This document shows positions 1 to 9,675 of a stretch of DNA of 24,051 nt, piece after piece. Made by a program: the position numbers and the translations under genes. The notes beneath the pieces were generated by a model. The model searched no databases, was not told the origin of the DNA, and saw nothing but the letters and a program-made list of their open reading frames with translations. Source of the DNA: Clostridia bacterium (GTDB lineage: Bacteria; Bacillota; Clostridia; Oscillospirales; CAG-382); assembly GCA_017938055.1 (NCBI GenBank), contig JAGBCG010000120.1, positions 1 through 24,051 on the forward strand, read 5' to 3'. The stretch's first letter is position 1; each line of letters begins with the position of its first letter.

Positions 1-540
1 CAAACAATTCAAATATCTTAAATTTAATTTCGTGCCCTTTTGAGCACTATTTTCTCTTTTTATTCCCACATCCGTAAGAGGAGAGAAAAGAACGCACCAC
101 CAGTTATGTCCCTGTCCTTTTCCGAGAATTATTCTCACACTGCAGTACTTTCCCTCAGGATAGGTTACCGAGTCAAGCACACGTGTTTCGTAGTCTTTTT
201 GTCCTACAACAACTCTCACAGCCTGACATGAGCCGTTCTCATCAAGAACTCTTTGTGCAATTCTTTTTAAATCCTCTGTACTTTCCTGTGCTGTCATTTT
301 TGCCTTTTCAAAGCTGTCGCAGCCTGAAAAAAGCTCCTGTACATGCTGATTTATTGCCGCCGCAACGGTATTTTTAAGTGCTATGTCCTCATCTGTATCG
401 GAATTTGCCACAACATGAAGCCGTAAAACATTACCGCACATAATACTGTTATAGTACATATTTACAAACGAGTGATAACCAAGACCTAAAATCAATACCG
501 CAAAGCTCAGCCCTGCGGTAATTTTTTTTAAAACCTTCAT
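1..540 (-). CDS. spoIIR: Stage II sporulation protein R (partial, runs off the window edge; probable 1-bp frameshift near the 3' end)
   Basis: Manual translation from ATG 540: MKVLKKITAGLSFAVLILGLGY (signal/TM-like) ... VLRLHVVANSDTDEDIALK ... YPEGKYCSVRIILGKGQGHNWWCVLFSPL, the SpoIIR family motifs. RBS GGAGGT at 551-556. Absent from the ORF track because there is no stop inside the window. Confidence 0.93.
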   Translation of the reverse strand, partial: MKVLKKITAGLSFAVLILGLGYHSFVNMYYNSIMCGNVLRLHVVANSDTDEDIALKNTVAAAINQHVQELFSGCDSFEKAKMTAQESTEDLKRIAQRVLDENGSCQAVRVVVGQKDYETRVLDSVTYPEGKYCSVRIILGKGQGHNWWCVLFSPLTDVGIKRENSAQKGTKLNLRYLNCL

Positions 541-594
541 GCCTGTACATACCTCCACTTTCTTTATGGAGATTGTTGACAGGCTCACTGTAAT

Positions 595-1503
595 TTATTC
601 ACAGCAGTACATTTTTTCAAAATCTTGTGCAGTAAAAGCAAAAACGTCAGTTATTCCCATGCTTTCAAGCTTTTTTTTACATTCAAAGCATTTTTCTTCT
701 TCGTCAAACAGTCCAAACACCGCCGAACCGCTTCCCGACATTCCGCTTAAATATGCACCATTTTCCTTTATTGTTTCCTTTAAAACACCTATTTGTCCAA
801 GGCGAGCTATACAGATTTCTTCAAAATCATTTACAAAATACTCTGCAATATTCTTCACATTCGCCCATTCGAGTGCAGCTTTCATTTGCTCTGAGCGATT
901 TTTTTGATAGTTGTCGCCGTAAAGCTCGTCATAGCTTTTATATATGCCCTTTGTATTAAGGCTTTGCGTGGGCTTTGCCACTACAATACAGGTGTTCTGC
1001 GGAAGCGTAGCTATTGACGTGCAAATCTCGCCTTTTCCTGTACAGTAAGCACACTTATACCTGTCAAGACAAAATACAACATCACTTCCAAGACGTGCGG
1101 CTATTTTTTCAACGTCATAAAAATCAACTCCGCCTGTCATTTCATAAAGCATGTCAAGCACGCATGCCGCATCCGCACTTCCGCCGCCAAGACCGGCTCC
1201 CGTGGGCGTTACTTTTTCAACATCTATATAAACATCAAAATCCACATTTTTGCTTTTCTGATAGCTTTGCAGGTACTGTACTGCCGCACGGTATGCAAGG
1301 TTGTCCTCATCTTTACACACATTCTGGCTGCAATTTATAAAAATTCTGCCCTGTCCCTCTTTAAGCTGCAGCGTAATAATATCGCCAAGAGGAATTTTAT
1401 GCATGACGGACTTCAAATCATGAAAGCCGTCGCCACGGCGTGTACCGAGAATTTCAAGAGTGAGATTGATTTTACAATATGCTGTCTTAGTCATTGATTT
1501 CAT
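595..1503 (-). CDS. ispE: 4-diphosphocytidyl-2-C-methyl-D-erythritol kinase
   Basis: AYCKINLTL, HDLKSVMH, P-TGAGLGGGSADAA (GHMP kinase ATP loop), LGSDV, MSGSGSAVFG. Start moved to ATG 1503 (GAGG RBS at 1513-1516). Overlaps the csaB 3' end. Confidence 0.96.
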   Translation of the reverse strand: MKSMTKTAYCKINLTLEILGTRRGDGFHDLKSVMHKIPLGDIITLQLKEGQGRIFINCSQNVCKDEDNLAYRAAVQYLQSYQKSKNVDFDVYIDVEKVTPTGAGLGGGSADAACVLDMLYEMTGGVDFYDVEKIAARLGSDVVFCLDRYKCAYCTGKGEICTSIATLPQNTCIVVAKPTQSLNTKGIYKSYDELYGDNYQKNRSEQMKAALEWANVKNIAEYFVNDFEEICIARLGQIGVLKETIKENGAYLSGMSGSGSAVFGLFDEEEKCFECKKKLESMGITDVFAFTAQDFEKMYCCE

Positions 1504-3730
1504 TTTGTGTTTCCTCAATAAGCTGCTTTGCTATGTATGCGTTACGCATTGCCTTTTGACAAAGCTCTGCTCGCTTTTCACATATTTGCTCGACAACTGC
1601 CTGTCTGTTTTCGAGTATTTCGTCAAGACAGCGTGTTACTCCCTCACAGTCAATTTTGTCGGCATTAAAAATGTTTCTGTTGCCAACATACTGCAAAAAG
1701 CCCTCTACCTTTGGGTCATAAACAAGACCTATTGCAGGTACTGTACCTGTAAGAGCATATATGAGAGAATGTAAACGCATGGCAATTACACATTCGCATG
1801 CCGCAACTATTCCAAGATATTCGTTAACGCTGTATTTTCCGCTGACCACAACTGATTCATGCTTCATTTTTGATGCAACCGCCCTTGAAACAGGCGTATC
1901 ATTCTGTGGCTTCATGGGAAGAAAAACTGTTATAAGACCGTGCTTTTCATAAGCCCTGTCACAAATCTGAGCTATTTTTTCGCAAAAATCCAAATCATTT
2001 TGCTTCCAGCTTCTAACAGAAACGCACAGCAGCTTTTTACCCTTTAATGACACACATTCCTTTTCCAGCAAATTTCTTGCCCTCTCGGCAGATACTCCCT
2101 CAAGCAGTATTGCAGGGTCCGCCGTAACCTCAACAGGCACGTTTTCAATTCCCATACGCTTAATCTCGCCCAAAGACAGCTCATCTCTGAGCGTAATCAT
2201 ATTAACACCCGATACTACTTTTGCCGCAAGAGGTACATTTTTGTCGCTCAGCGGACCTATACCGTTGGCATATAAATAAACCGCCTTATTATACTTTTTT
2301 GCTGTTTGCATTACATAAAGATAATACACCAGCGACATGTCGCTTGTTGAGTCCTGAATAAGACTTCCGCCGCCCGTTATAAGCATTCTTGATTTTTTAA
2401 GTACTTTTTTCAAAGCAAAGGGATTAAATCGCTGTACCGAATCCACCATAAAGCTCTTTTTCGTTTCCTTTGGCCGTCTTGACAGTACAGCAAGCCTTAT
2501 ATCAGGCACAGCCTTTTTCATGCTTTGAATAATGCCTGACAAAAGTGCATCGTCCCCACTGTTTCTAAAGCCATAATAGCCTGACAGCACAGCATCATAA
2601 CAGCACTTATCCTTTGCACTTCTGAGAATTGCCCTGTATATATCCATGTGGGTGTTTGCAAGGCTTTCATTGGAAAAATTATTTGTTGCTCTTTCATAAA
2701 GAGCTTGTCCCAGCCTTTGACCGAGAGCCTTGTTTTCAACAAGCTTTATGATTTTCTCAGAAAATTCCATGTAATTCTCGTTTTCAAAAAGACAACCCGT
2801 AACATCGTCTTCAATAAGGTCAGGAATTCCTCCAACTCTTGAGCTTATGGTTGGCTTTGACATACGTGCACCCTCCATAAGAACATACGGAAAGCTTTCG
2901 CACCTTGAGGTAAGAGTATTTATATCAATAAAATTTATAAAGCTGTAAATATCCTTGATAAAGCCTGCAAAGGTGATATGCTCGCTTATACCAAGCTCTT
3001 TTACAAGCTTTACAAGTTCACTTCTTCCGTTTCCGTCACCTGCAATTATAAAGTGCACGTCTTTTCTTTTTTCAAGTACCTTTGCTGCACCTTTTATAAA
3101 AATATCGTGACCCTTTACTTTGTCATGGCGTCCTATAAGACCGATATATGTGATATTTTCATCATACTTTATGCCTATTCTGTCACAAAACTCTTGCTTC
3201 GTACAAAATTCCATAGGTTTTGAGTAATCCATGCCGTTATAAACGGTGTGAATTACAGAAGGAGTAAAGCCTCTTGAAATAAGCATTCTCTTAAACTCAG
3301 AGGAAACGGCAATATAGTAATCCAGCTTCTTGAGAGCCATTACGTTGAGCAAGGTGTAAATAACCTTTTTGTATATACCGTCAAAATCCAGAAGATAGTC
3401 GCTGTGCACCGTTGTTACAACAGGTATATCAAATTTCTTTTTAAGCTTTGAAGCAATAAAATTTGCTCTTGCACCATGGGCGTGAACAATATCCACTCCG
3501 TCCTGCTTTATAATTTGGCAAAGTCTGTCAAGAACACTCAAATCAAAGCGGCTTTTTTGCTCGATAAGCTCGCTGTCAACATCTATATTCTGCAAATCAT
3601 CAAAAAACTGTCCTTTTATGAAGCAGACAATCTTGACATCGCACAGCTTTGGCAACACACTCAGCAAGGAGAATATGTGTGTTTTTGCTCCGCCCGTGTC
3701 GCCACCGCTTATCATATGCAGTATTCTCAT
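1487..3730 (-). CDS. csaB: Fusion: N-terminal GT4 glycosyltransferase + C-terminal polysaccharide pyruvyl transferase CsaB
   Basis: aa 1-370 GT-B/GT4 (GGDTGG, HAHGARA, ESFPYVLMEG, SRVGGIPDLI). From aa ~378 CsaB-type SGYYGFRNSGDDALL, GGGSLIQDSTS...SLVYY, YANGIGPL, ITLRD, AMRLHSLI, YDPKV. Confidence 0.92.
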   Translation of the reverse strand: MRILHMISGGDTGGAKTHIFSLLSVLPKLCDVKIVCFIKGQFFDDLQNIDVDSELIEQKSRFDLSVLDRLCQIIKQDGVDIVHAHGARANFIASKLKKKFDIPVVTTVHSDYLLDFDGIYKKVIYTLLNVMALKKLDYYIAVSSEFKRMLISRGFTPSVIHTVYNGMDYSKPMEFCTKQEFCDRIGIKYDENITYIGLIGRHDKVKGHDIFIKGAAKVLEKRKDVHFIIAGDGNGRSELVKLVKELGISEHITFAGFIKDIYSFINFIDINTLTSRCESFPYVLMEGARMSKPTISSRVGGIPDLIEDDVTGCLFENENYMEFSEKIIKLVENKALGQRLGQALYERATNNFSNESLANTHMDIYRAILRSAKDKCCYDAVLSGYYGFRNSGDDALLSGIIQSMKKAVPDIRLAVLSRRPKETKKSFMVDSVQRFNPFALKKVLKKSRMLITGGGSLIQDSTSDMSLVYYLYVMQTAKKYNKAVYLYANGIGPLSDKNVPLAAKVVSGVNMITLRDELSLGEIKRMGIENVPVEVTADPAILLEGVSAERARNLLEKECVSLKGKKLLCVSVRSWKQNDLDFCEKIAQICDRAYEKHGLITVFLPMKPQNDTPVSRAVASKMKHESVVVSGKYSVNEYLGIVAACECVIAMRLHSLIYALTGTVPAIGLVYDPKVEGFLQYVGNRNIFNADKIDCEGVTRCLDEILENRQAVVEQICEKRAELCQKAMRNAYIAKQLIEETQNEIND

Positions 3731-3771
3731 ATTTTCACTCCCTTACAAGAAATGTACCATAAGAGCTTGCT

Positions 3772-5403
3772 TTATTTTTCAGCCGCCTTTTTTTCATCCT
3801 GCCACATTCTGTATACCGCAACGGCAAGACCGGTACTTATAAAGAAAGCAAACATTACTCTTGGATAGAACCAGTAATATTCAAAAAATCCTATAAAAAT
3901 TATACTTGTCATAGATGCTGCCGCCGCTGCACCAAAGTACTTTATCTCACTATCCTTGCTTGAAGAAGCCATAAAGCTTCTCTTAATTACCGTAAAGGTG
4001 AGCATCAGATAGCTTACAAAGCCTACGATTCCCGTTTCCAAAAACACTTCAAGAAACTGCATATGGCAGTGTGCAACATCCGACGTACCACCAAGAGCAA
4101 ATCCTGAATATATCTGCTTGAATGCTCCAGGTCCTATTCCCACACCCGTTCTCCAGTAGTTTGAAAGCATATCAAACGCACCCTCCCAGATAACAAGTCT
4201 GTATGAGCTTGAGGAATCCTGAAGATTTCCAATAGTCAGAATTCGGTTAAGAACCGACTGGGGAAGAAGAGGAATTGCCAGAACACATAAAAGGAACATA
4301 AACGGAACGGCACGTCTGTTACAAAGTGTTACAAAAACAACCGTAGCCACAGCAAATGCAATCCAGCCCGAACGTGAATAAGTCTGCAGCAGAGCCACAA
4401 ACGGAATAAGCATAAGTGCACACAGTAAAACCTTTTTTAATTTTCCCTTTACTGTCAGCACATACGCCATGGCAAAGGGCATAAACAAAACAAGTATTTG
4501 TGCAAAGTTATTGGGATTTCCCATAGTGGAAAACACACGACCGGGCATATTTTTATTAAGAGTGAGGTCGGTAAGTGAAGCATCCGCTTCAATCTTGAGT
4601 GCCGCCTGTACAATTCCCACAATGCCCGTAACCACAACGCATGCAAAAAGCATAACACATATTTTCTTAAACACATTTTTGCTTGCCGCAAACACGCTTA
4701 CACTTACACACAGCAAAAGTGATGTCACAAAGAAAACATACACTCTTATACTGTCACCCACATTCTGAGAAATTACAAGGCTCAGAGTAAGGCTTGCAAA
4801 AAACAGTATAAGGGAAATATAAGTTCTGTCGGGACGTATAGATACGCCGTCCTTTTTGGTGGCATGGCCATAAATTACAAGAATAAAGGAAACAAAAGCT
4901 ATCAAAAGTGCGTACATATTATTCCAGAAGGAATGAGGTACACAGAACATAGCTGCTATTAAAAAGGCAAAGATAGCTGCAGACAGTCCCGCTTTATTCT
5001 CCATTACACAAGTCTGTCCCTTTATGCCGTTATCAAAAAGCCCGCCTATAATCACACTGCCCTTTGCAAGCTCCACGAAAAACGTCATAATTTTTGACAA
5101 AACACCCGTTATCCAACACACAATGCCTTTATAAGCTCTGTAGAACAATGAGCCTGACGAACGCTTTTCCACCCCGTCTTTTGTCAGCAACGAATGTAAG
5201 AAGCTTTTACCATAGCAATTTGCCACAGCATCTGCCATGCTACACAGCATACGGCAGAACACACTATTTTGTAGCACATACCATAAAGTACTGAAAATTG
5301 CCGCAATTTTCTTTAAGAGCTTCAACACAAGACTTGTGTCACTCACGCTGTGAAGTCGTGCTGCAATTCCTTTAAAAAGGTTTACAACTACGCTTGTGCT
5401 CAT
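3772..5403 (-). CDS. O-antigen ligase/polymerase-like (Wzy_C) multi-pass membrane protein
   Basis: Many TM segments, RVFSTMGNPNNFA, TYSRSGW, SSSYRLVIW, GVGIGPGAF, HCHMQFLEVFLETGIVG (variant of the H-x-H-N ligase motif). Confidence 0.88.
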   Translation of the reverse strand: MSTSVVVNLFKGIAARLHSVSDTSLVLKLLKKIAAIFSTLWYVLQNSVFCRMLCSMADAVANCYGKSFLHSLLTKDGVEKRSSGSLFYRAYKGIVCWITGVLSKIMTFFVELAKGSVIIGGLFDNGIKGQTCVMENKAGLSAAIFAFLIAAMFCVPHSFWNNMYALLIAFVSFILVIYGHATKKDGVSIRPDRTYISLILFFASLTLSLVISQNVGDSIRVYVFFVTSLLLCVSVSVFAASKNVFKKICVMLFACVVVTGIVGIVQAALKIEADASLTDLTLNKNMPGRVFSTMGNPNNFAQILVLFMPFAMAYVLTVKGKLKKVLLCALMLIPFVALLQTYSRSGWIAFAVATVVFVTLCNRRAVPFMFLLCVLAIPLLPQSVLNRILTIGNLQDSSSSYRLVIWEGAFDMLSNYWRTGVGIGPGAFKQIYSGFALGGTSDVAHCHMQFLEVFLETGIVGFVSYLMLTFTVIKRSFMASSSKDSEIKYFGAAAAASMTSIIFIGFFEYYWFYPRVMFAFFISTGLAVAVYRMWQDEKKAAEK

Positions 5404-5981
5404 GCTTCAAACATCTCCATATACTTTCTGTTGTTGCTTGTATCAATAGGTCTTCTCTGTCTTCTTTGTGCCGCACGAACATCGTACACACGAAGATATA
5501 TCTTTGCATCATCAGCTCTTATTACCAAAGTGTGACCTACGCCATAATTGGCAAGATTATAGTTAAAACCAAATCTTGTTCTTGTTGCCTCGGGTATTAC
5601 TGCAGAAATATAAGCACTGCTGTACTCTTCCTTGTTGCCCATAACATATTCTCCCTGAGAATTAAGACCGTAAAGGAGGGATTCTCCAACATCAACGTCC
5701 GTCACCTTGCCCAGCATATGCTGGCAGGCATCGTCATAAATATATGCATCCTCTTTGTTTACCTGTTGAATGACAAAGTCGCTGACCTCTTCTACATAGA
5801 AAACAACCTCTATGCTTCCGTCTGCACCAACCAGTGCTTCGTCATCTTCTTTGCCGCCTTTTGCACCTGTGACAAAAATGCTCACAACCGCAACTGCTGC
5901 TACTACAAACAGCACTACCAGCAAATCAATAATGTTTATTATACCAAACAGCTTTCCATCTTTAGTGATTAATTTTCCCAT
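5400..5981 (-). CDS. DUF4330-like membrane-anchored protein
   Basis: N-terminus DGKLFGIINIIDLLVVLFVV matches the DUF4330 pattern as I recall it, followed by a single TM and a beta-rich domain. RBS AAGGAG at 5989-5994. ATGA overlap with the downstream ligase gene. Confidence 0.75.
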   Translation of the reverse strand: MGKLITKDGKLFGIINIIDLLVVLFVVAAVAVVSIFVTGAKGGKEDDEALVGADGSIEVVFYVEEVSDFVIQQVNKEDAYIYDDACQHMLGKVTDVDVGESLLYGLNSQGEYVMGNKEEYSSAYISAVIPEATRTRFGFNYNLANYGVGHTLVIRADDAKIYLRVYDVRAAQRRQRRPIDTSNNRKYMEMFEA

Positions 5982-6011
5982 TGTTATGCTCCTTTATATC
6001 TTTGTTTTATT

Positions 6012-7115
6012 TTACTGTCTTAATTTATCTTTCAGCACGCTCTTATATATTTCAAACGTCTTGTCAAGAGATTTTTCAAGGCTGAAGTATTTTTCAAAGC
6101 TTTTCCCTGCCGACACCTTACATTTTTCATAAAGCTCCCTGTCTTCCATAAGCTTTATAAACGCATCAGCAAACTCATAGGGACTATCCTTATCACAGCA
6201 AATTCCGCAGCCTGTTTTTTTGTTTACTATTTCAACATTTCCTCCCACAGCCGACACTACACACGGCTTTTCAAAGCTAAGTGCCTCAACTATGGCAAAG
6301 CTCATCGCCTCAGTTTGCGAGCAGTTGATAAATGCGTCAGAGCCTTTTAAAATGTTTGCAGTATCCGTTCTGTAGCCAATACATCTGACGTTTTGCTCAA
6401 GACCGTAATCTGTTACTTTTTTCTTTACAGCTTCAAGCATATCTCCATCACCCACAAGAACAAAAACAAACTTTTTATCCGTCTTTTCTTTCATCAGCTT
6501 TGCCACATCCACAGCAAAGTCCATTCTCTTTTCACCGCTGAATCTTGAAAGGGAACTTATTACAAATTCATCCTTGCCTATACCAAGCTCTTGTCTTAAG
6601 GTGCTTTCAAAGTCTTGCTGCTGCCTTTTTGCACCGTTATATATCACATTTATTTTTTTTGCATGGTATCCGTTTTTTATAAGAAGCTTTCTTGATGCCT
6701 CACACACCGCAATAATTGCATCTGTCTTTGAGCAAATAAGCTTATTTATTATCTTCCACAAGGGCGGACTTTCCGTAAGAAAATGATTTGTATATACTAC
6801 TTTTAAACCCTTGCAGTAAAGCTTTGCTAGATTTGCTATTGCATTTTCACGTGGATAATGAGTGTGGACAATATCAATATAATTCTGTCTGCACACTCTT
6901 GCAAGACTCTTTGCCGCCTCAATATCGAGTGGGCTTTTCATGTCTATTTTAAAGGTGATAATTTTATCCTTTGCCATTTGCTCTGCAAGAGCACCGCTTT
7001 CGTTGTAAGCAAAATAGCAGTCGCATTTTTTATCGTTATAGGCGTTTATAAGATTGTACACATACTTTTCACTGCCGCCGTTTCCTGCGTAGTTTATAAG
7101 ATACAGTACGTTCAA
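6012..7115 (-). CDS. GT4 family glycosyltransferase
   Basis: NYAGNGGSEKY, DIVHTH, SRFSGEK, LVGDG, EAMSFAIVEA, SAVGGNVEIV. TTG start immediately follows the murJ stop (translational coupling). Confidence 0.92.
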   Translation of the reverse strand: MNVLYLINYAGNGGSEKYVYNLINAYNDKKCDCYFAYNESGALAEQMAKDKIITFKIDMKSPLDIEAAKSLARVCRQNYIDIVHTHYPRENAIANLAKLYCKGLKVVYTNHFLTESPPLWKIINKLICSKTDAIIAVCEASRKLLIKNGYHAKKINVIYNGAKRQQQDFESTLRQELGIGKDEFVISSLSRFSGEKRMDFAVDVAKLMKEKTDKKFVFVLVGDGDMLEAVKKKVTDYGLEQNVRCIGYRTDTANILKGSDAFINCSQTEAMSFAIVEALSFEKPCVVSAVGGNVEIVNKKTGCGICCDKDSPYEFADAFIKLMEDRELYEKCKVSAGKSFEKYFSLEKSLDKTFEIYKSVLKDKLRQ

Positions 7116-8672
7116 TCATATACCCCCTTTTACGAATTTTGTCTTTATTTTACTTATGATTTCCACAGCTGTCGGGACTCTCATAGCTATAACACAAATG
7201 CCGTAGACAACAACTCCAGTAAAGCATAAAATTCCAAGCACGAGGATTCTGTCAAGAGCTATACCTAGTCCGAAATTTTCAGGCAAAATGTATCTTAGTA
7301 CGCTCACCACGCAATACATTATCACAGAAGACAGAGTACACTTAATGAAGCTTTTTGCACAGCCCTTTGCAAAGCTTCCTATTTTTCTTCTTAACATAAT
7401 AAGCAAAACGCAAAGTCCCACAATAGAAGAAAGCGAGTACGCCAGCGGCAGTGCGTAGCCTGACATAAACGGCATCAGAACAAGGCTTAAAAGTATATTT
7501 GCCGCCATTATGATAAATCCGTTTATTGCGGGAAATTTTGTGTCCTTAAGGGAATAAAAAGCTCTGTCTATAATTTCCTTTGAGCCTACGCTCACAACGC
7601 TAAGGGAATACAACAGCATTATAACAGAAGCCTTTTGTATGTCCTGTGCCCCGTTTTTTCCCCAGCCGATTATAAGCTCAAGCAGCTCATATCTCACCGC
7701 AATAAAGCCCGCACTTATAGGTAAAAGCAACATCCACACATTTATGAGAACTCCCGACAGCGTGCTTTTATAGCTGTCCATATCCCCCACAGCCGCCGCC
7801 TTTGTTAGCTTTGGATACAGCACCGACGTTACCGAATACACAAAGGCAAGCACCATGTATACCACAAGGTTCTGCACATATGTCATTACCGTCACAAAGC
7901 CGTCAAAGCTTGCCGCCATGCTGTTGTTGTAAAACACATTTATCTGATATGAGCTTGCTCCCAGAAAAACAGGAAGCATCATGCGAAACGCCGATTTCAT
8001 GTCGTCGTCCTTCAAGTCAAACCTGACTTTATAGCGATAACCCGACCTTATGAGTGGCGGAATGAGAAGCAATGCCTGAAGTGAAAGACCTAAGGCTGTA
8101 ACAACAACAAGTCCCATAACGCCGTACTTGTCGGCAAACAAAAGTACATATACAATTATTATTATGCTTCCCGGTGCACTGACAAATGCAGGCATAAAAT
8201 ATTTTCCCACCGACTGAAGCATACCTTGAAAAATGTAGTTGAGTCCGTAAAACAGCATTACAGGCATAAGTATCATAAGTGCCTTTACCGCAAAGCTATA
8301 GCTTTCGGGACTGTCAAAGCCGGTGAATTTCGGAAGTACAAAGGAAAGTGCCATTCCGCACAGTACAAGAAGCAAGGTAAACACGCTTGCCACAGTAATT
8401 ACATTATCCGCAAAGCGTTTTGCACCATCATAATTTTTGTTTGCTATGTGAGAAGCATATATTGGGATAACAATGGTGGAAAGGGTTGTTCCGAAGCAGT
8501 TGAATATGGTGTTTGGTATAGTCACGGCGTAGGAATAAATATTTATATAAACATCCTCCGTGCCGAAAACTGACACATACATGGACGAGCTGACAAGTGC
8601 AAGAACTCTTGACAGAAGCATTATTATCATTACATAGCTTATGCTTGTCAACAAGCCTTTCTTTTCTGACAA
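7116..8672 (-). CDS. murJ: MurJ/MviN-family lipid-linked glycan flippase
   Basis: LLSRVLAL, IPNTIF, ~13-14 TM segments, RAFYSLKDTKFP, ALPLAYS. TTG start with a GGAAGGGA RBS. Context suggests it flips a cell-wall polymer unit rather than (only) lipid II. Confidence 0.85.
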   Translation of the reverse strand: MSEKKGLLTSISYVMIIMLLSRVLALVSSSMYVSVFGTEDVYINIYSYAVTIPNTIFNCFGTTLSTIVIPIYASHIANKNYDGAKRFADNVITVASVFTLLLVLCGMALSFVLPKFTGFDSPESYSFAVKALMILMPVMLFYGLNYIFQGMLQSVGKYFMPAFVSAPGSIIIIVYVLLFADKYGVMGLVVVTALGLSLQALLLIPPLIRSGYRYKVRFDLKDDDMKSAFRMMLPVFLGASSYQINVFYNNSMAASFDGFVTVMTYVQNLVVYMVLAFVYSVTSVLYPKLTKAAAVGDMDSYKSTLSGVLINVWMLLLPISAGFIAVRYELLELIIGWGKNGAQDIQKASVIMLLYSLSVVSVGSKEIIDRAFYSLKDTKFPAINGFIIMAANILLSLVLMPFMSGYALPLAYSLSSIVGLCVLLIMLRRKIGSFAKGCAKSFIKCTLSSVIMYCVVSVLRYILPENFGLGIALDRILVLGILCFTGVVVYGICVIAMRVPTAVEIISKIKTKFVKGGI

Positions 8673-8713
8673 CTCTATCCCTTCCTTCCAGATTATACAA
8701 ATATACGTTTACT

Positions 8714-8742
8714 ATTATATCACACAAAAGCAGGTTTGTCTA
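8714..8742 (-). promoter_or_regulatory. Sigma-A promoter of the murJ-csaB operon
   Basis: Minus strand TAGACA-17 nt-TATAAT with extended -10 TG. Confidence 0.75.
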
Positions 8743-8812
8743 TAGTTTTTTGTCGCCGGAGGTTTGTTTTTTATTTTCCCCATTTGAATTGTCTGCTTTT
8801 TATAAAACAGCA

Positions 8813-9655
8813 TTACTTCAAAGTAATGCTGTCAGGCATTATGCCGGATTTATACTGACTTGGTGTAACGCCCAGTTTCTTTTTGAAAACTCTGCAAAAA
8901 TACGAGGTGCTTTCAAAATTCAGAGCTTCAACAATGTATTCAAGTGTGGTTTCACCGCTTTCAAGCATTTTCCTTGCGATATTAAGTCTTAAATCCATCC
9001 GGTATTCCATAGGACTTTTGCCTGAATACTCCTTGAAAAGCCGTCTGAAATGACATGAGCTCACATTACATGCCTTTGCAATTTCTTCTATTGAAATATT
9101 ACAAAGGGTATCTGATTCTATAAGCTCAATGCCCGTGCTGATAGGTGAAAACCGCTTATCGTACTTTCGCACTTTCTCCTTGCAAATGTGTAAAATAAGG
9201 TTATATACTGAGGTTTTTATTGCTAAAGCCGACGGCACTGAGGCTTCATAAGCCTGAACTACATTTTCAAAAAGGTCAGCCGCTATAGGAACATTTACAT
9301 CCTTTATTATAAATGGTTTGTCGGAAAAGGTGAGTATGCTGTCATTTTCTATTGCATTGAATTCGACCTGTATTGCATCATTCAGATTGCTTTCGCACTC
9401 AAGGTTAAGACAAGTATATTCGCTTGCATACGGAAGACAAACAATACTTTTTCTTGGTGCAGTAAAGCTTTCTCCGGTTTTGTCAGTGTATACTCCTGTA
9501 CAGTTATTAAGAAAGATGATGCCTGTTCTTGGCCTTGGTTTGAATCTTTCGAAAAGTACACCTTTTTTCCATATTTGTCGCATGGCAAAAATGTCCTCAA
9601 GGGCAAAATTTGTAAAATAAAAATCTCTTAAATTCAGCGTTTTACGTTTTAACAT
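8813..9655 (-). CDS. AraC family transcriptional regulator
   Basis: C-terminal double HTH SIEEIAKACNVSSCHFRRLFK...SPMEY...FESTSYFCRVFKKKLGVTPSQYK. GAGGTG RBS at 9664-9669 favours ATG 9655. Confidence 0.95.
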   Translation of the reverse strand: MLKRKTLNLRDFYFTNFALEDIFAMRQIWKKGVLFERFKPRPRTGIIFLNNCTGVYTDKTGESFTAPRKSIVCLPYASEYTCLNLECESNLNDAIQVEFNAIENDSILTFSDKPFIIKDVNVPIAADLFENVVQAYEASVPSALAIKTSVYNLILHICKEKVRKYDKRFSPISTGIELIESDTLCNISIEEIAKACNVSSCHFRRLFKEYSGKSPMEYRMDLRLNIARKMLESGETTLEYIVEALNFESTSYFCRVFKKKLGVTPSQYKSGIMPDSITLK

Positions 9656-9675
9656 CAAAACATCACCTCAAAACA

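Noticed and set aside
5400-5480. Arg-rich tail of the DUF4330-like protein as evidence of another frameshift
   Set aside because: No alternative frame gives a clearly better C-terminus, and the existing frame ends in a tidy ATGA overlap with the next gene.
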